Virus record (IMG/VR): IMGVR_UViG_3300020577_006271
Coordinates: 64,001-128,000 of that record
DNA length: 64,000 nucleotides
Direction: 5' to 3' (one strand)
DNA from: a virus
Lineage: Duplodnaviria > Caudoviricetes
The number at the start of each line of letters is the position of its first letter. Within the stretch, counting starts at the first letter, position 1. The notes under the pieces were generated by a model. It saw only the letters and a list, made by a program, of their open reading frames with translations. It had not been told where the DNA came from and did no database searches. This document shows positions 1-8,433 of the stretch, in pieces. The position numbers and the translations under genes are program-made.

Positions 1-251
1 ATTGATGAAAATATTCTTCTTACCAATGGTAACGCAATGCCGTTCCATTCTTCAGAGCCAGCTTGAGTTGAGTTCATGTTTGCCTCACGCAACAATTGGT
101 GTGCCTGATTTTCTAATAATTGAGCGACGTTATTTGCTTGAGTTTCATCCAACCCTTCTAGCAAACCAACTCTACCCCATTTTGCAACATTTGCAGCTAC
201 TTCTTCTTTTCTTTTGTTGCTATTGTTGGTCATTAATGATTTTAAGTTCAT
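1..251 (-). CDS. Major capsid protein (T4 gp23-like), N-terminal part; runs off the window
   Basis: Not in the ORF track. Manual translation from ATG 251: MNLKSLMTNN...KWGRVGLLEGL...LLENQAHQLLRE...ALPLVRRIFS, the gp23 N-terminal pattern. Follows the scaffold gene; TAAGGA upstream. Confidence 0.9.
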   Translation of the reverse strand, partial: MNLKSLMTNNSNKRKEEVAANVAKWGRVGLLEGLDETQANNVAQLLENQAHQLLREANMNSTQAGSEEWNGIALPLVRRIFSS

Positions 252-270
252 TTTATTTTTCCTTATTTTT

Positions 271-1125
271 TTAAATAATTCCCGCTAACTTTTGTAAACG
301 GTTTCCCGCAACAATTGGTTGGGTTGTTTTCGTAATCGTTCTACTTGCAGAAGCATTTTCTTTTAATGCCTTCAAACCAGTTGTCTCCTTATATGATTCA
401 GTAAGAGTTGTATAAATCAATTTTGCTTCTTTAATAGTACTTGCTCTATCAAATGCCGATAACATTTTTGTTTGTTGATTTTCACTAAGTTTGAATTTTC
501 TGTTTAGATTGGTATAATATACCAATTTGGTGTTCAACAATGTTGTCTCAGTCAATCCAGTTCTTAAAATTTTTATTGCCTTGATAGCTTCTGCCAATTT
601 TAAGTTAGTCTTGTGTAAATCTGATTTCAAATTACGGTTTTCTTTTCGTAATTTATAAGATTCGGCCATTTCTGGTTCATCTTCTGCCATTTCTTCATCT
701 TCCATTTCTCGTAAAATTTCGTCCAACTCGTCGTCAGTTACTGCTACGTCATCAGTTCCATAATCAGCTGCTAATGGATCAACTGGAGCCGCTGCTACTG
801 GTGCTGCAGGAGCTACTGGAGCTACTGGTGCAGGTGCTGCTAACGGATCTTCTTCTTCTCCATCTAATTCACGTAGAATTGATTCTAATTCAAGGTCATC
901 AGTGTCTTCAAATTCAGTGTCTTCAAATTCGTTTTCTGTAACTGTTTCATCTGACATAATGTCATCATTTTCTAAAACTTCATCTTCAGCTTCTTCAGCC
1001 AATTTGCTAGAAATCATTCTTCGCAATGGAGCTTCAAAAGATTCTTCAAGAATTGTTTTTGCATTGGCGATAGCTGCTTTTTGAACTGCCCTAGCGTCTG
1101 CAATTGCTTCGTTTAATAAACTCAT
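271..1125 (-). CDS. Prohead core / scaffolding protein
   Basis: Acidic coiled coil with many L/I-x-E sites, C-terminal RLQKLAGI, directly upstream of MCP. Confidence 0.8.
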   Translation of the reverse strand: MSLLNEAIADARAVQKAAIANAKTILEESFEAPLRRMISSKLAEEAEDEVLENDDIMSDETVTENEFEDTEFEDTDDLELESILRELDGEEEDPLAAPAPVAPVAPAAPVAAAPVDPLAADYGTDDVAVTDDELDEILREMEDEEMAEDEPEMAESYKLRKENRNLKSDLHKTNLKLAEAIKAIKILRTGLTETTLLNTKLVYYTNLNRKFKLSENQQTKMLSAFDRASTIKEAKLIYTTLTESYKETTGLKALKENASASRTITKTTQPIVAGNRLQKLAGII

Positions 1126-1220
1126 TGTTATTCCTTTCGTAATACCTAAGTCTAATGGAGATGTGACTTAATAAGGATTGTATTTGTGATTGATCCGTTA
1201 TTCAAAACTGGATATTATTT

Positions 1221-1230
1221 ATATATAGTT
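1221..1230 (-). promoter_or_regulatory. Putative late promoter (WACTAWWTAW motif)
   Basis: AACTATATAT followed by AAATA, so it contains T4-type TATAAATA; intergenic upstream of scaffold-MCP; the motif recurs before many late genes. Confidence 0.6.
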
Positions 1231-1252
1231 ACAATTAATATAAAACAGTTGT

Positions 1253-2512
1253 TTAAAAATCAGTTTCGATATAAATTTTTGCAATTTCTAAATTATCGGC
1301 AGCAGCCACAGCTCCATTTCTTACTTCTGCTTTAAATGCCATTCCACCATTTGCGGCTGGAACATCGGTGTTATAACTTGTATCTAAAATAGTTGTATTA
1401 CTGTGCAGGTTTGTTATTTTAACATACAAAATTCCAGAATTTGGAGCCATAAACATAATAAGATCATAACCATGCGTTGTATTTCTAGCGGCGCCAATAC
1501 CTAAATCTACCTTGGTGGCGGTTCCCGAACCGTCATTACGCATAAAAAACCAATTGGTTAAAGATGCATCCGTTGAGTCATAACCCATGCCACACATATT
1601 ATACAATGCAGATGGTTCTCCAGCTAATGCAGTTGTAGAAGCACACAATCCTACAAATTTTTGGCCACCATTGAGGTTTATGTTCATTCCAAGTTGAGCC
1701 CTAAAAAAGAAACCACCAAACCCAGCAGCATTTCCTCTAAAATATTGAGCATAATTTGTTCGCATTCCTGATGTATTTCCAGCTGTCGTACTCGTCTGAA
1801 ATCTTTTTCTATATGTTGCTTGCCATCGGTTTGCTGATGCTATTGTTATTTGTGAAGACATTGTTGCTGCCGTTGTGAGTGTTCCGCCAATTATAATTGG
1901 GGCAGCCGTACCACTCGTTGGTGTGATTAGCATCACTGCGTTGCCATGTAATCCAACTTGTAATGCAGTGACTATTCCAGTTGGACCAATTATATTCGGA
2001 AGGATCCGGTTTGCAAACGATGCCCCATAAAGGATAATTCCATCGGAAGATGGAGGTGATGGGTCGGTAGTTGTAAGTAATTTTAGGTTATCTCCTTCGA
2101 TATTCACCTTACTTGCCCCAGCAAATGAACCTGCGTTGTTATATTGAACTTGATTAGATGATCCACCAGGACTTCCTCCACCAGGAGGCGCATGCCATAC
2201 CCCATCGCCACGTAAAAACCGATCAGAAGCACCATTAGGTGGCGGTACCAAACCCTTATTCGTGTCTGTGAATAAATTTAATAGTGATGTCACTTCCGTG
2301 AATGTAAGATCTTCCGGATTGCCGGTACCTGATGTCTTTCTACCTTTTAAAGTAGATGTAGGTACATCAGCCAATTTATTATTATCAACCGCATTATCTG
2401 CTATTGTTAATACGTCTGCCCCTGTGACATCGCCAGTATGGGTAGCGTTTGTGCCAGATTCAGCTGTAATACTACCTAAAACAACTACATCGGTATTGAA
2501 TGTTTGTGCCAT
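1253..2512 (-). CDS. Fibre-like virion protein with putative C-terminal beta/lectin-like domain
   Basis: Gly/Thr/Ala-rich; fibre motifs NATHTGDVTG..KLADV, FLRGDGVW, QVQYNNAGSFAG. Confidence 0.6.
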   Translation of the reverse strand: MAQTFNTDVVVLGSITAESGTNATHTGDVTGADVLTIADNAVDNNKLADVPTSTLKGRKTSGTGNPEDLTFTEVTSLLNLFTDTNKGLVPPPNGASDRFLRGDGVWHAPPGGGSPGGSSNQVQYNNAGSFAGASKVNIEGDNLKLLTTTDPSPPSSDGIILYGASFANRILPNIIGPTGIVTALQVGLHGNAVMLITPTSGTAAPIIIGGTLTTAATMSSQITIASANRWQATYRKRFQTSTTAGNTSGMRTNYAQYFRGNAAGFGGFFFRAQLGMNINLNGGQKFVGLCASTTALAGEPSALYNMCGMGYDSTDASLTNWFFMRNDGSGTATKVDLGIGAARNTTHGYDLIMFMAPNSGILYVKITNLHSNTTILDTSYNTDVPAANGGMAFKAEVRNGAVAAADNLEIAKIYIETDF

Positions 2513-2525
2513 GAAATATTTAAGT

Positions 2526-4154
2526 TTATCCTATAATTACAACGGTATATTGATTTGTGGTTGGGGCTACATTGAATTTAAACCTAGTCTGGGTAGTACT
2601 TAGGCATTCAATATCACACTCAACTTGTGCATATGGTGACCCTGTTTGATATATTTGCGTATTGTTAAATTGTTTTCCAATATTATGAGTGACGGTAATT
2701 GTGGTATTGGTACCATCACCAATAGCAGTTGTATATTTCACCGTTGACGTCAAGCCACCAGTTATACCCAAATATGTATTTAATTTAGCCGGAGTGATAA
2801 ATAATTTTGCTCCAGATCCACCTGTGCTAGCACCACTCGTTAACTCTGCAGAAGTAGCTTCTTCAACTAAACCTGAATCTGTCTCCGATGCCATAACTAT
2901 ATCAGGAATGTTTTTGTTAACAATAGTCCAATGAGTTAATAAAGTTGGTGAATCTTGTTTAGCAGTAATCATGTCACCAACTTGCACAGACTCAGAAAAG
3001 AAATCTCCTGCCACCGTAACAATATAAGTCCATCCATTCTTTATTCCTCCAATTGGAGTAGAATCCAAATTTGGAGAGTTGGTGGATGCGTCATATCCAC
3101 CTTTATTGATAAATCCACCAACAACTAGATTATCAGCGTATGTTTTTATTTCATCGATAGCTGTCTGAACATTCGTGGCAGTTAATCCGGAACTTATATT
3201 ATTAAATGGAACGTCAGCAGCCAATTGATCTGCGGTAGCTCCAGTTTCGATTCCATCTAATTTTGTTTTGTCGGATGCCGTCATTACTCCGGCCAATGAT
3301 GCCGTAGCGGCAGTCAACGATGCTGCTGAACCTGTAGACGAATTTATTGGGACCGTTGTTGATGTACGGGTTCCTTCTGATAAGTTAGTAGCTACATGTG
3401 GAGCCGTATTGGTAATTGTCAATGTTCCTGAAGTTGTTACCGGAGATCCAGTAACGGAAATTCCAGTTCCTGCTGTGGCAGCTACCGAAGTAACGGTTCC
3501 TGTATTAGCTGTTGCTCCGTCTGCAACATTTAACATTGCTCGAACTTGCGCAGGGGTTAAATCGGATGTAGATCCAGATCCAGCTGCATTACGACCTTTA
3601 ATAGTATTGGTTGCTACGTCAGCTAATTTAGCGTTGGTGACAACGCCTGCTGCGATCGTCAAGTTACTGGATCCAGTTACTTCTCCAGTATGGGTTGCAT
3701 TTGGAGCTGTATTAGTGATTGTAACTGTTCCCGAATTTGTTATTGGAGATCCAGTAACGGAAATTCCAGTTCCGCTATCAACTGAAACTGATGTTACTGT
3801 ACCTAAATTAGCAGTTGCGCCAGCAGCTATACCATCTAATTTTGTTTTGTCTGCTGCTGACATTACTCCAGCGGCTGACGTTGTTGCTGATGTAAGTGTA
3901 GCATCAGTTCCTGTCGAAGATATAACCGTTACCGTAGTGGCGTCTGCCGAGAAAGATAAATTACATTCTCCAGCACCCTGGTTACCTAAATTTAACCAGC
4001 TGGTACCGTTAAACCCATAGAAGGTTTGATCCGTACTGGAATAATAAATTTGTCCTGCTGTAGGACTTGTTGGCGCAGTTGTTAAAACTTGAATTACCGC
4101 ATTTAATAACTGAAATTTATTTAAGTTGATATCAACTAAGAAATTCTTTGACAT
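2526..4154 (-). CDS. Fibre-like virion protein with internal repeats
   Basis: Two GTVTSV..GTGISVTGSP..SGT.TITNTAP repeats, two AGVM.A.DKTKLDGI repeats, TATNVQTAIDEI motif. Confidence 0.7.
   Translation of the reverse strand: MSKNFLVDINLNKFQLLNAVIQVLTTAPTSPTAGQIYYSSTDQTFYGFNGTSWLNLGNQGAGECNLSFSADATTVTVISSTGTDATLTSATTSAAGVMSAADKTKLDGIAAGATANLGTVTSVSVDSGTGISVTGSPITNSGTVTITNTAPNATHTGEVTGSSNLTIAAGVVTNAKLADVATNTIKGRNAAGSGSTSDLTPAQVRAMLNVADGATANTGTVTSVAATAGTGISVTGSPVTTSGTLTITNTAPHVATNLSEGTRTSTTVPINSSTGSAASLTAATASLAGVMTASDKTKLDGIETGATADQLAADVPFNNISSGLTATNVQTAIDEIKTYADNLVVGGFINKGGYDASTNSPNLDSTPIGGIKNGWTYIVTVAGDFFSESVQVGDMITAKQDSPTLLTHWTIVNKNIPDIVMASETDSGLVEEATSAELTSGASTGGSGAKLFITPAKLNTYLGITGGLTSTVKYTTAIGDGTNTTITVTHNIGKQFNNTQIYQTGSPYAQVECDIECLSTTQTRFKFNVAPTTNQYTVVIIG
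3442..3773. repeat. 29-bp exact direct repeat within the fibre gene
   Basis: GGAGATCCAGTAACGGAAATTCCAGTTCC at 3442-3470 and 3745-3773. Confidence 0.9.
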
Positions 4155-4195
4155 ATTAATCCTTTAAAATATATTAAAATATATAGTTTTAAATC

Positions 4196-4537
4196 TTAGT
4201 TTAACGTTGCTGTGCCAGAGAATGCAGCACTAAAATTTAATTGAACTGTATTAGAATTTAAATATTGTATGTCTCCAATTATTTCAGATCCAGATGAATC
4301 TAATACATTGACACTTGGATACTTACCAAGATTGTGCTCTATTGTCCATACCTGTGCAGGAATATTCTGTTCGTGAAAATAATTTAAATCCGGGGACATA
4401 TTCATAGCTAATAACTCGGATGCATCATTACTGCTCATGAATAAATCAAACCCGGTGCCTGACTTAATAAAATACGCAGTATTTGAATCTAGATTGTTGG
4501 GCACCGCCAACTCTTTACTAATTTTTATTTTTGTCAT
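4196..4537 (-). CDS. Small fibre-associated virion protein
   Basis: WTIEHNLGKYPSV..D motif resembles the C-terminal ITVTHNIG module of the 542-aa fibre. Confidence 0.55.
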   Translation of the reverse strand: MTKIKISKELAVPNNLDSNTAYFIKSGTGFDLFMSSNDASELLAMNMSPDLNYFHEQNIPAQVWTIEHNLGKYPSVNVLDSSGSEIIGDIQYLNSNTVQLNFSAAFSGTATLN

Positions 4538-4753
4538 TTACCAAGCTGTGTTAATTGTTTCTATATAATTTGCCTCGATGCTATTTAACCGCGTTTCCAC
4601 CATTGGATTTTCTCCAATATATATCACATGATTCTCACCAACTAAAATATTCGCATTTTTTGTTTTAGATGTAAATTGAATGTGGCTTGATCCACTTGTC
4701 GTTATAACATTTAATTTCATCTTGGGAGTTGCTGTGGAAATGGTGTATTTCAT
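4538..4753 (-). CDS. Hypothetical protein
   Basis: Abutting/overlapping ORF in the late operon. Confidence 0.5.
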   Translation of the reverse strand: MKYTISTATPKMKLNVITTSGSSHIQFTSKTKNANILVGENHVIYIGENPMVETRLNSIEANYIETINTAW

Positions 4754-5055
4754 GTAACATAAATATTTAAATTAATCTTCAAACGAGTGCCTGCTATATT
4801 AGATTCACTAGATAGAACGCCGGTGTGATGTCCAGATCCTAATAGGGTTGTGTCTATTGTCCACACCAAATCTTTCCCTGAAATATCTAATCCACTACCA
4901 ACCTGATATATAAATTCTCCGGAATTGACATTCAATGTATAATTGGTATCAATTAATAATCCATCAATGTTAATAGTTAACGCCGTGAATTCCTGGTCGA
5001 CATACCAATCAATAACTGCCAACTGTCTATCATCGATTTCAATTACATTACTCAT
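4750..5055 (-). CDS. Hypothetical beta-rich protein
   Basis: ATGA-coupled ORF in the structural operon. Confidence 0.55.
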   Translation of the reverse strand: MSNVIEIDDRQLAVIDWYVDQEFTALTINIDGLLIDTNYTLNVNSGEFIYQVGSGLDISGKDLVWTIDTTLLGSGHHTGVLSSESNIAGTRLKINLNIYVT

Positions 5056-5459
5056 AAATCGTAATAGTTTTGTAATGTTTTCCCGATATCTTCATAAGCA
5101 GCGGTCAATCTTTGATTAATTTGAGCAGCTTCTATGATAGTCTTTTCAAAAACTTTAAAAGCCTCTTTCATTTGTTTCATATGTCGAGAAACAGTTATAT
5201 CGTCAAACCAACCATCAGTCTCTGTATGGGTTACTTCTTCAGCTGAATCTACAACATATCTAATAAATTCCAGGGCTGTTTTGTATTCGCCTATATTTTG
5301 TTTAAATAATGCTGAGTAAGCTTGGTATTTTCCAAGTGAATTTAGAAACTCCTGTTTGTCCACAGTGGCAACATTTTCACCAGCTGTTTGATTTGACGTG
5401 TCAAAGACGTCTTCTGTTAAGAGATCATTTAGCAAGTGTGTTAATTTATGTCTTTTCAT
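5052..5459 (-). CDS. Hypothetical head-associated protein
   Basis: Helical; N-terminal basic leader ending LLTE; in the head module. Confidence 0.55.
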   Translation of the reverse strand: MKRHKLTHLLNDLLTEDVFDTSNQTAGENVATVDKQEFLNSLGKYQAYSALFKQNIGEYKTALEFIRYVVDSAEEVTHTETDGWFDDITVSRHMKQMKEAFKVFEKTIIEAAQINQRLTAAYEDIGKTLQNYYDL

Positions 5460-5480
5460 TTTTCTCTCTTTAGAATTGAT

Positions 5481-6557
5481 TTAATAACGTTCATAACCAT
5501 TACTAATTTCATTTTTAATTATATCATAAGCGTATGATGTGTATTCTTCCAAATCCACTGTTTTTAATAATCTAGAATCTAATCCTAATAATGTTGAAAA
5601 ATCATAATAATTTCTCATTTTAGGAATGTCTTTTACCTTCCATCCATAATCAGACATATTATCTTTAATTTTTTCAATATTTTCATAAATGTAATCTTCT
5701 AAATCATTTATATGAAAATATTCATTTCCATCTGGATCAGTAGCTTCTTTTAATCTTCGTTTAGGTTTGATTGATTCATCTAGATCAAGTTCACGCTTGG
5801 CAGATTCAATCGCTGCATTATAATATAACCTCGTACCTTCATCTGATGTTGAATTTAAAGCCTTAGACAATTGTGCAATATCGTCATTTCCATCAAAATT
5901 AAATCTTTGAAGTGAATTAACATTTACCCTAAAAAAATCGGCTAACTGATTTGATGCATAATCTTTAACAGTTTTGAAGTAATCGTATTTGGATTCGTTT
6001 AATCTTCGTTTAGTTTTAATTGATTCCTTTAAAAATTTCTTAGCATATTCAGGTAAACGAATTGTTTTTTCAAACCATTTGTTTCCATGTTCTGAAGCTA
6101 ATATGTCGTAAACCAAATCCATCTTCGGCGTACCTTTATCCATTGAATCTATACGGTGATATGATTTTGCAATACTCAATAATCTAGATTTATCTAATGA
6201 TTTTAAATACATGAAATAAGCCTTTGCAGTAGGAGATGTAATACTATTGTCTTTAGCTTCGTTTAATTTCTTAGCTATTACACGTTTTACTATTCTTTCT
6301 ATTAATGTTTTCACTTTTGACTTTTTCGATTCGTTTAAATCTTCTATTTCAAAGTGATATCTTTCAAAAGAATTCATAATCTCTTTATCAATTGCACGTT
6401 CGTTCATATCTGCATCTTCTTGATTATTGCAATCAAACGATAGTTGTCTATATCTATAGTTTTTTTCATCTGGATAAAAGTCAGAAAAATTTTCAAAATG
6501 ATCTACTGCTTTTTCAAATTCATCATTTGATCCGAATATCAAATTTAATCTTACCAT
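5481..6557 (-). CDS. Putative internal head polyprotein
   Basis: Modules separated by LNES, KKLNEA, LKESIKTKRRLNES, LDESIKPKRRLKEA; next to the prohead protease. Confidence 0.55.
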   Translation of the reverse strand: MVRLNLIFGSNDEFEKAVDHFENFSDFYPDEKNYRYRQLSFDCNNQEDADMNERAIDKEIMNSFERYHFEIEDLNESKKSKVKTLIERIVKRVIAKKLNEAKDNSITSPTAKAYFMYLKSLDKSRLLSIAKSYHRIDSMDKGTPKMDLVYDILASEHGNKWFEKTIRLPEYAKKFLKESIKTKRRLNESKYDYFKTVKDYASNQLADFFRVNVNSLQRFNFDGNDDIAQLSKALNSTSDEGTRLYYNAAIESAKRELDLDESIKPKRRLKEATDPDGNEYFHINDLEDYIYENIEKIKDNMSDYGWKVKDIPKMRNYYDFSTLLGLDSRLLKTVDLEEYTSYAYDIIKNEISNGYERY

Positions 6558-6560
6558 GGT

Positions 6561-7187
6561 TTATTTTCCTTTTAAATATAAGCAGCAATTTCCGCTGAGC
6601 TCACATATTATGTCGCGTATAATTAATTCTGCTTCTTCATAAATATTTTGTTTACTGTTATTCACTGATTCGTTAACTGTTAAGAATGCTCCGTGAGTTG
6701 ATGGATTGGAAACGAAATCCCAGCAAACCAATTGGAAATCATCTTCTACCTGATCAGTATCTTCATTAATCTTTTTAACCGAACCCATTCCCCTTGAAGA
6801 AATACCAACGGTTAAATCAGCTTGAATTAATTCTTTGAGAATATTCCCCGATGGGGTATTAAGAATTTCAACCTTCCCCATTAAATCATCGCCTTCCCAC
6901 CAACATTCTCGGACGACATGCGATACATTTTTCAAATTAACAACTGATGACTCCGGGTGATCCAACTCTCCATAGGCTCTTTTTTCCGCTACTTCTTTAT
7001 TAAGATAGTTGTTTACTTCCCGTTCAAGAATAGCCCGTGGATAGATTCTTTGATTTTGATTTTTAGCGTTGGCCCGTTGCAATACACCAGTTACAACCAA
7101 TCGTTTTTGTCCGTCAGTTGTAATAGATTCACTTAGGTTCTTTCTAAGTTGAAATGGCATAGTATCAATTAAGTATGTTTTCTTCAT
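6561..7187 (-). CDS. Prohead core protease (T4 gp21-like)
   Basis: NQNQRIYP, GELDHP, VSH, ILNTPSG, GISSRGMGS, DFVSNPS motifs. Confidence 0.95.
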   Translation of the reverse strand: MKKTYLIDTMPFQLRKNLSESITTDGQKRLVVTGVLQRANAKNQNQRIYPRAILEREVNNYLNKEVAEKRAYGELDHPESSVVNLKNVSHVVRECWWEGDDLMGKVEILNTPSGNILKELIQADLTVGISSRGMGSVKKINEDTDQVEDDFQLVCWDFVSNPSTHGAFLTVNESVNNSKQNIYEEAELIIRDIICELSGNCCLYLKGK

Positions 7188-7213
7188 GTATAATCCAATA
7201 TCATTATTTATAG

Positions 7214-7417
7214 TTATTGCCTAAAAGTCTCCTTATATTTGGCAAGTTCTAAAATAGCTTTCCGCTTTCTTGATGGCTTAATAAATCCATCATTGATTTC
7301 TTTTAATCGTTGTATATTTCCCGAATTCGACAATTCCGTTTTCCATTGTCTTATTGCCCCGGATAATTTACCATCAATAACGTATGCCCCGATTCCAGGC
7401 ATTAAATTTGTTTTCAT
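7214..7417 (-). CDS. rpsU: Phage-encoded ribosomal protein bS21-like
   Basis: 67 aa, basic; AIRQWK..L..SG.IQRLK...FIKPSRKRK...AKY fits the bS21 pattern ALRRFK...G...ELR...F/YxKPS; position between portal and protease is typical of bS21-encoding large phages. Confidence 0.75.
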   Translation of the reverse strand: MKTNLMPGIGAYVIDGKLSGAIRQWKTELSNSGNIQRLKEINDGFIKPSRKRKAILELAKYKETFRQ

Positions 7418-7602
7418 TTATTGTAATTTAGTTGAATTTACCTTTAAGTTCTTTAAGATTAGTTTTAACCTTATCATGATTGCATTAATATTAGGTATTA
7501 CTTCTTGGTTGATCTTTACGCAAAGTTATTTTACCATCCGGAGCTACCCAAATTGTACCTATAGATAACCCATTTCCTGGGTATGTTAGTTTTGCGTTCA
7601 TT

Positions 7603-8421
7603 TTATCCTTGTATTTTGTGTATTAATTCGTGATATTTTAGAAGTGTTGAGACATGTTCGTCTTTCACAGTCTTACTGACAATAATATTATCTAACAGTG
7701 ATGCAGCTTCTTTAATTTTTATGTTAAGCCTCGAAGATGTTGTTGTATTTTCAAGTAATTTCTTTTTAATCTTAGTACATTCACTAAGAATAAATTTTCT
7801 AAATTCAATATTATCAGGACCAGTTAAAATATATTGGCTTAAAATTTGTTTTTGGGATTCGTGCAAATTCCCATATTTATCGTTAAATTTGTCGAACAAC
7901 AATTTAATTGCCAATGATCGAGTAGGTCTATCAATAGTTTCAAACAATGTTTTGGCTGAAGGTTTAACTTCAGTTTCCTTATTCAGATGTTCCAAAACAA
8001 TTTCTCTTGATTTTAGTTTTTCAAGTTGATTACCAAAATTCCGATTTTCAAATAAATAACACAAAGCACCGTTTAAACGGTAATTTTCTATTTTGTGTTG
8101 AAAAAATTCATCTAAGTTATAATTTGTCTTAATTTCTTTAATTAAATTATATCGCTGTTTCTGAATAGCAGCCTCGTCTAATTTAGAATATTCGGATAAC
8201 GCTAAATCAATTAAACGTGTTCCATTTAATTTTTGGGTGTTTTCACTGAATAATTTATAGAGCGAATATTCCTTACCTAATTCAGATGACGATTTAAAAT
8301 ATCGTTTAATTATCTGCAAGGATTTTGAATTCTGTTCTGTTAATATCTCACTGACTATTCGTCTCGACAATAGTTCAAAAATTAAACCGGTATTTTTAAA
8401 CTTTGAAATTTTTATCTTCAT
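7603..8421 (-). CDS. Head-module hypothetical protein
   Basis: SKFKNTGLIFELL N-terminus; helical; downstream of portal. Confidence 0.6.
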   Translation of the reverse strand: MKIKISKFKNTGLIFELLSRRIVSEILTEQNSKSLQIIKRYFKSSSELGKEYSLYKLFSENTQKLNGTRLIDLALSEYSKLDEAAIQKQRYNLIKEIKTNYNLDEFFQHKIENYRLNGALCYLFENRNFGNQLEKLKSREIVLEHLNKETEVKPSAKTLFETIDRPTRSLAIKLLFDKFNDKYGNLHESQKQILSQYILTGPDNIEFRKFILSECTKIKKKLLENTTTSSRLNIKIKEAASLLDNIIVSKTVKDEHVSTLLKYHELIHKIQG

Positions 8422-8433
8422 ATAATAATTAGT

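Noticed and set aside
7418-7601. 36-codon ORF (MNAKLTYPGNG...) with AAGGA upstream and a possible frameshifted continuation before bS21
   Set aside because: Too short and without recognisable homology to call.
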